From the NCBI GenBank assembly GCA_045542315.1, contig JAZQKU010000075.1:3700-67699 (forward strand): a DNA stretch of 64,000 nucleotides, read 5' to 3'. This document shows, in pieces, positions 62,073 through 64,000 of this stretch; position 1 is the stretch's first letter; each line of letters begins with the position of its first letter. The notes under the pieces were generated by a model. It searched no databases. It was not told where the DNA came from and worked only from the letters and a program-made list of their open reading frames with translations. Both the position numbers and the translations under genes were made by a program. Source of the DNA: Eubacteriales bacterium. GTDB taxonomy: Bacteria > Bacillota > Clostridia > Oscillospirales > RGIG5299.

Positions 62073-64000
62073 ATGGCAAGATCACATCAGTTAAATATGT
62101 ACCGCAACATCGGTATCATGGCACATATTGACGCCGGCAAGACCACCACTACCGAGCGTATTCTTTTCTACACCGGAAAGAATTACAAAATGGGCGAGAC
62201 CCACGAGGGTGCCGCCACCATGGACTGGATGGAGCAGGAACAGGAGAGAGGTATTACCATTACCTCCGCAGCAACCACTTGCTTCTGGAAGAACCACAGA
62301 ATCAATATCATCGACACCCCCGGACACGTTGACTTCACCGTTGAGGTTGAGCGTTCGCTCAAGGTTCTCGACGGCGCAGTTACCGTTCTTTGCGCAAAGG
62401 GCGGTGTTGAGCCTCAGTCCGAGACTGTATGGCGTCAGGCAGACCAGTATCAGGTTCCCCGTATGGCATACGTCAATAAAATGGACATTATGGGCGCAGA
62501 CTTCTTCCGCGTTCTCGATATGATGAAGAGCCGTCTTAAGTGTAACGCAGTTCCGATTCAGCTTCCTATCGGAAGAGAATCCACCTTCAAGGGCATTGTT
62601 GACCTTGTTGAGATGAAGGCCTACGTTTACTACGACGATCTCGGAAAAGATATCCGTGAGGAAGAGATCCCCGCCGACATGCTCGCACAGGCTGAAGAAT
62701 ACCGTCAGAACCTTATCGAGCACGTAGCAGAGCAGGACGATGAGCTTATGGAAAAATTCTTCAACGGTGAAGAGCTCACCATTGAAGAGATAAAGAAAGG
62801 TATCCGCGTTTCTACCATCGCTAACCGTATGGTTCCCGTTGTTTGCGGTACCTCTTATAAGAATAAGGGTGTTCAGAAGCTTCTTGATGCCGTTATCGAC
62901 TATATGCCCTCGCCCCTCGACATTCCCGCGATCAAGGGCGTAAATCCCGATACCGAAGAGGAAGAAGAGAGAATTGCAGACGATAAGGCTCCCTTCTCAT
63001 CTCTCGCATTCAAGATTGCAACCGACCCCTTCGTAGGAAGAATTACCTTCTTCAGAGTATATTCCGGCTTTGTAAATACCGGTGCAACCGTTATGAACTC
63101 CACTAAGGACGGCCGTGAAAGACTCGGAAGAATCGTTCTTATGCACTCCAACCACCGTGAAGACGTTGATGCCGTTTATACCGGCGACATCGCTGCAGCG
63201 GTTGGTCTTAAGAATACCACCACAGGTGATACTCTTTGCGACGAAAAGCACCCCGTTATCCTCGAATCGATGGTATTCCCCGAGCCTGTTATCAGGGTTG
63301 CTATCGAGCCCAAGACCAAAGCAGGTCAGGAGAAGATGGGTATAGCTCTTTCCAAGCTCGCTGAAGAGGATCCCACCTTTAAGACCTATACCGACGAGGA
63401 GACCGGTCAGACCATCATCGCAGGTATGGGTGAGCTTCACCTCGAAATCATCGTTGACAGACTTTTGCGCGAATTCAAGGTTGAGGCAAACGTAGGTAAG
63501 CCCCAGGTTGCCTATAAGGAAACCATTAAGGGCAACGCCAACGTAGATATGAAATATGCACGTCAGTCAGGCGGTAAGGGACAGTACGGCCACGTTAAGA
63601 TCACTCTTGAGCCCAACGAATCCGGTAAGGGCTACGAGTTTGTTAACAAGATCGTCGGCGGTGCAATTCCGAAGGAATATATCCCCGCAGTTGACGCAGG
63701 TATCAAGGGCGCCATGAACTCCGGCGTTCTCGCAGGATATCAGGTAGTTGACTGTAAGGTAACCCTTTACGACGGTTCTTACCACGAGGTTGACTCTTCT
63801 GAAATGGCATTCAAGATTGCCGGTTCTATGGCATTCAAGGAAGCTATGAGAAAAGCACAGCCCACCATCATGGAACCCATCATGAAGGTTGTTGCTATCG
63901 TTCCCGACGAGTATATGGGCGACGTTATGGGTGACCTTAACAGCCGCCGCGGTCTTATCCAGGGTATGGAAGCACAGAACGGCACTCAGCAGATCACTGC
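62073..64000 (+). CDS. fusA: elongation factor G, N-terminal ~640 aa (3' end outside the window; absent from the ORF track because it has no stop in the window)
   Basis: The ATG at 62073 follows AAAGGATGG. The translation is [35 protein letters not shown]...[22 protein letters not shown]...[11 protein letters not shown]. The frame stays open to position 64000. Confidence 0.95.
   Translation, partial: MARSHQLNMYRNIGIMAHIDAGKTTTTERILFYTGKNYKMGETHEGAATMDWMEQEQERGITITSAATTCFWKNHRINIIDTPGHVDFTVEVERSLKVLDGAVTVLCAKGGVEPQSETVWRQADQYQVPRMAYVNKMDIMGADFFRVLDMMKSRLKCNAVPIQLPIGRESTFKGIVDLVEMKAYVYYDDLGKDIREEEIPADMLAQAEEYRQNLIEHVAEQDDELMEKFFNGEELTIEEIKKGIRVSTIANRMVPVVCGTSYKNKGVQKLLDAVIDYMPSPLDIPAIKGVNPDTEEEEERIADDKAPFSSLAFKIATDPFVGRITFFRVYSGFVNTGATVMNSTKDGRERLGRIVLMHSNHREDVDAVYTGDIAAAVGLKNTTTGDTLCDEKHPVILESMVFPEPVIRVAIEPKTKAGQEKMGIALSKLAEEDPTFKTYTDEETGQTIIAGMGELHLEIIVDRLLREFKVEANVGKPQVAYKETIKGNANVDMKYARQSGGKGQYGHVKITLEPNESGKGYEFVNKIVGGAIPKEYIPAVDAGIKGAMNSGVLAGYQVVDCKVTLYDGSYHEVDSSEMAFKIAGSMAFKEAMRKAQPTIMEPIMKVVAIVPDEYMGDVMGDLNSRRGLIQGMEAQNGTQQIT

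Overview
This is a chromosomal segment of a spore-forming Clostridia-type Firmicute. The markers are spo0A, a class-A RNase P RNA and the conserved rpoB-rpoC-L7Ae-rpsL-rpsG-fusA block. Most of the window is ordinary core genome: comEB tail, comM, rsmA, an aminotransferase, trpS, rnpB, galM, an M24 peptidase, spo0A, a VTC/DUF4956/CotH operon, prs, an ECF sigma module, an acyl-CoA ligase plus a 4-subunit 2-oxoacid:ferredoxin oxidoreductase cluster, ptsH, and the RNA polymerase/ribosomal block.

The exception is a visibly AT-rich accessory island at about 13.95-29.53 kb, inserted between a DUF6440-like gene and a beta-helix protein gene. It carries:
- a translationally coupled module of unknown ORFs, two of which share a C-terminal domain;
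- a mini zinc-ribbon gene with its own consensus promoter;
- a frameshifted IS200-type tnpA and an IS4-family transposase;
- a 2810-aa multi-repeat surface protein, preceded by a promoter, a structured leader and an intrinsic terminator, and followed by an unannotated 42-aa acidic peptide gene;
- a small two-gene operon behind a roughly 300-nt GC-rich leader that ends in a terminator. I could not assign this leader to any riboswitch class.

A roughly 30-nt inverted repeat brackets the 12.8-kb IS4 / giant-gene / leader segment. Other points of note are clusters of GC-rich palindromes in two intergenic regions (5.97-6.15 kb and upstream of rpoB) and an apparently leaderless L7Ae gene. No tRNA, rRNA or CRISPR array was seen. 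All calls rest on reading the sequence and ORF translations and on recalled family motifs; no database search was run.
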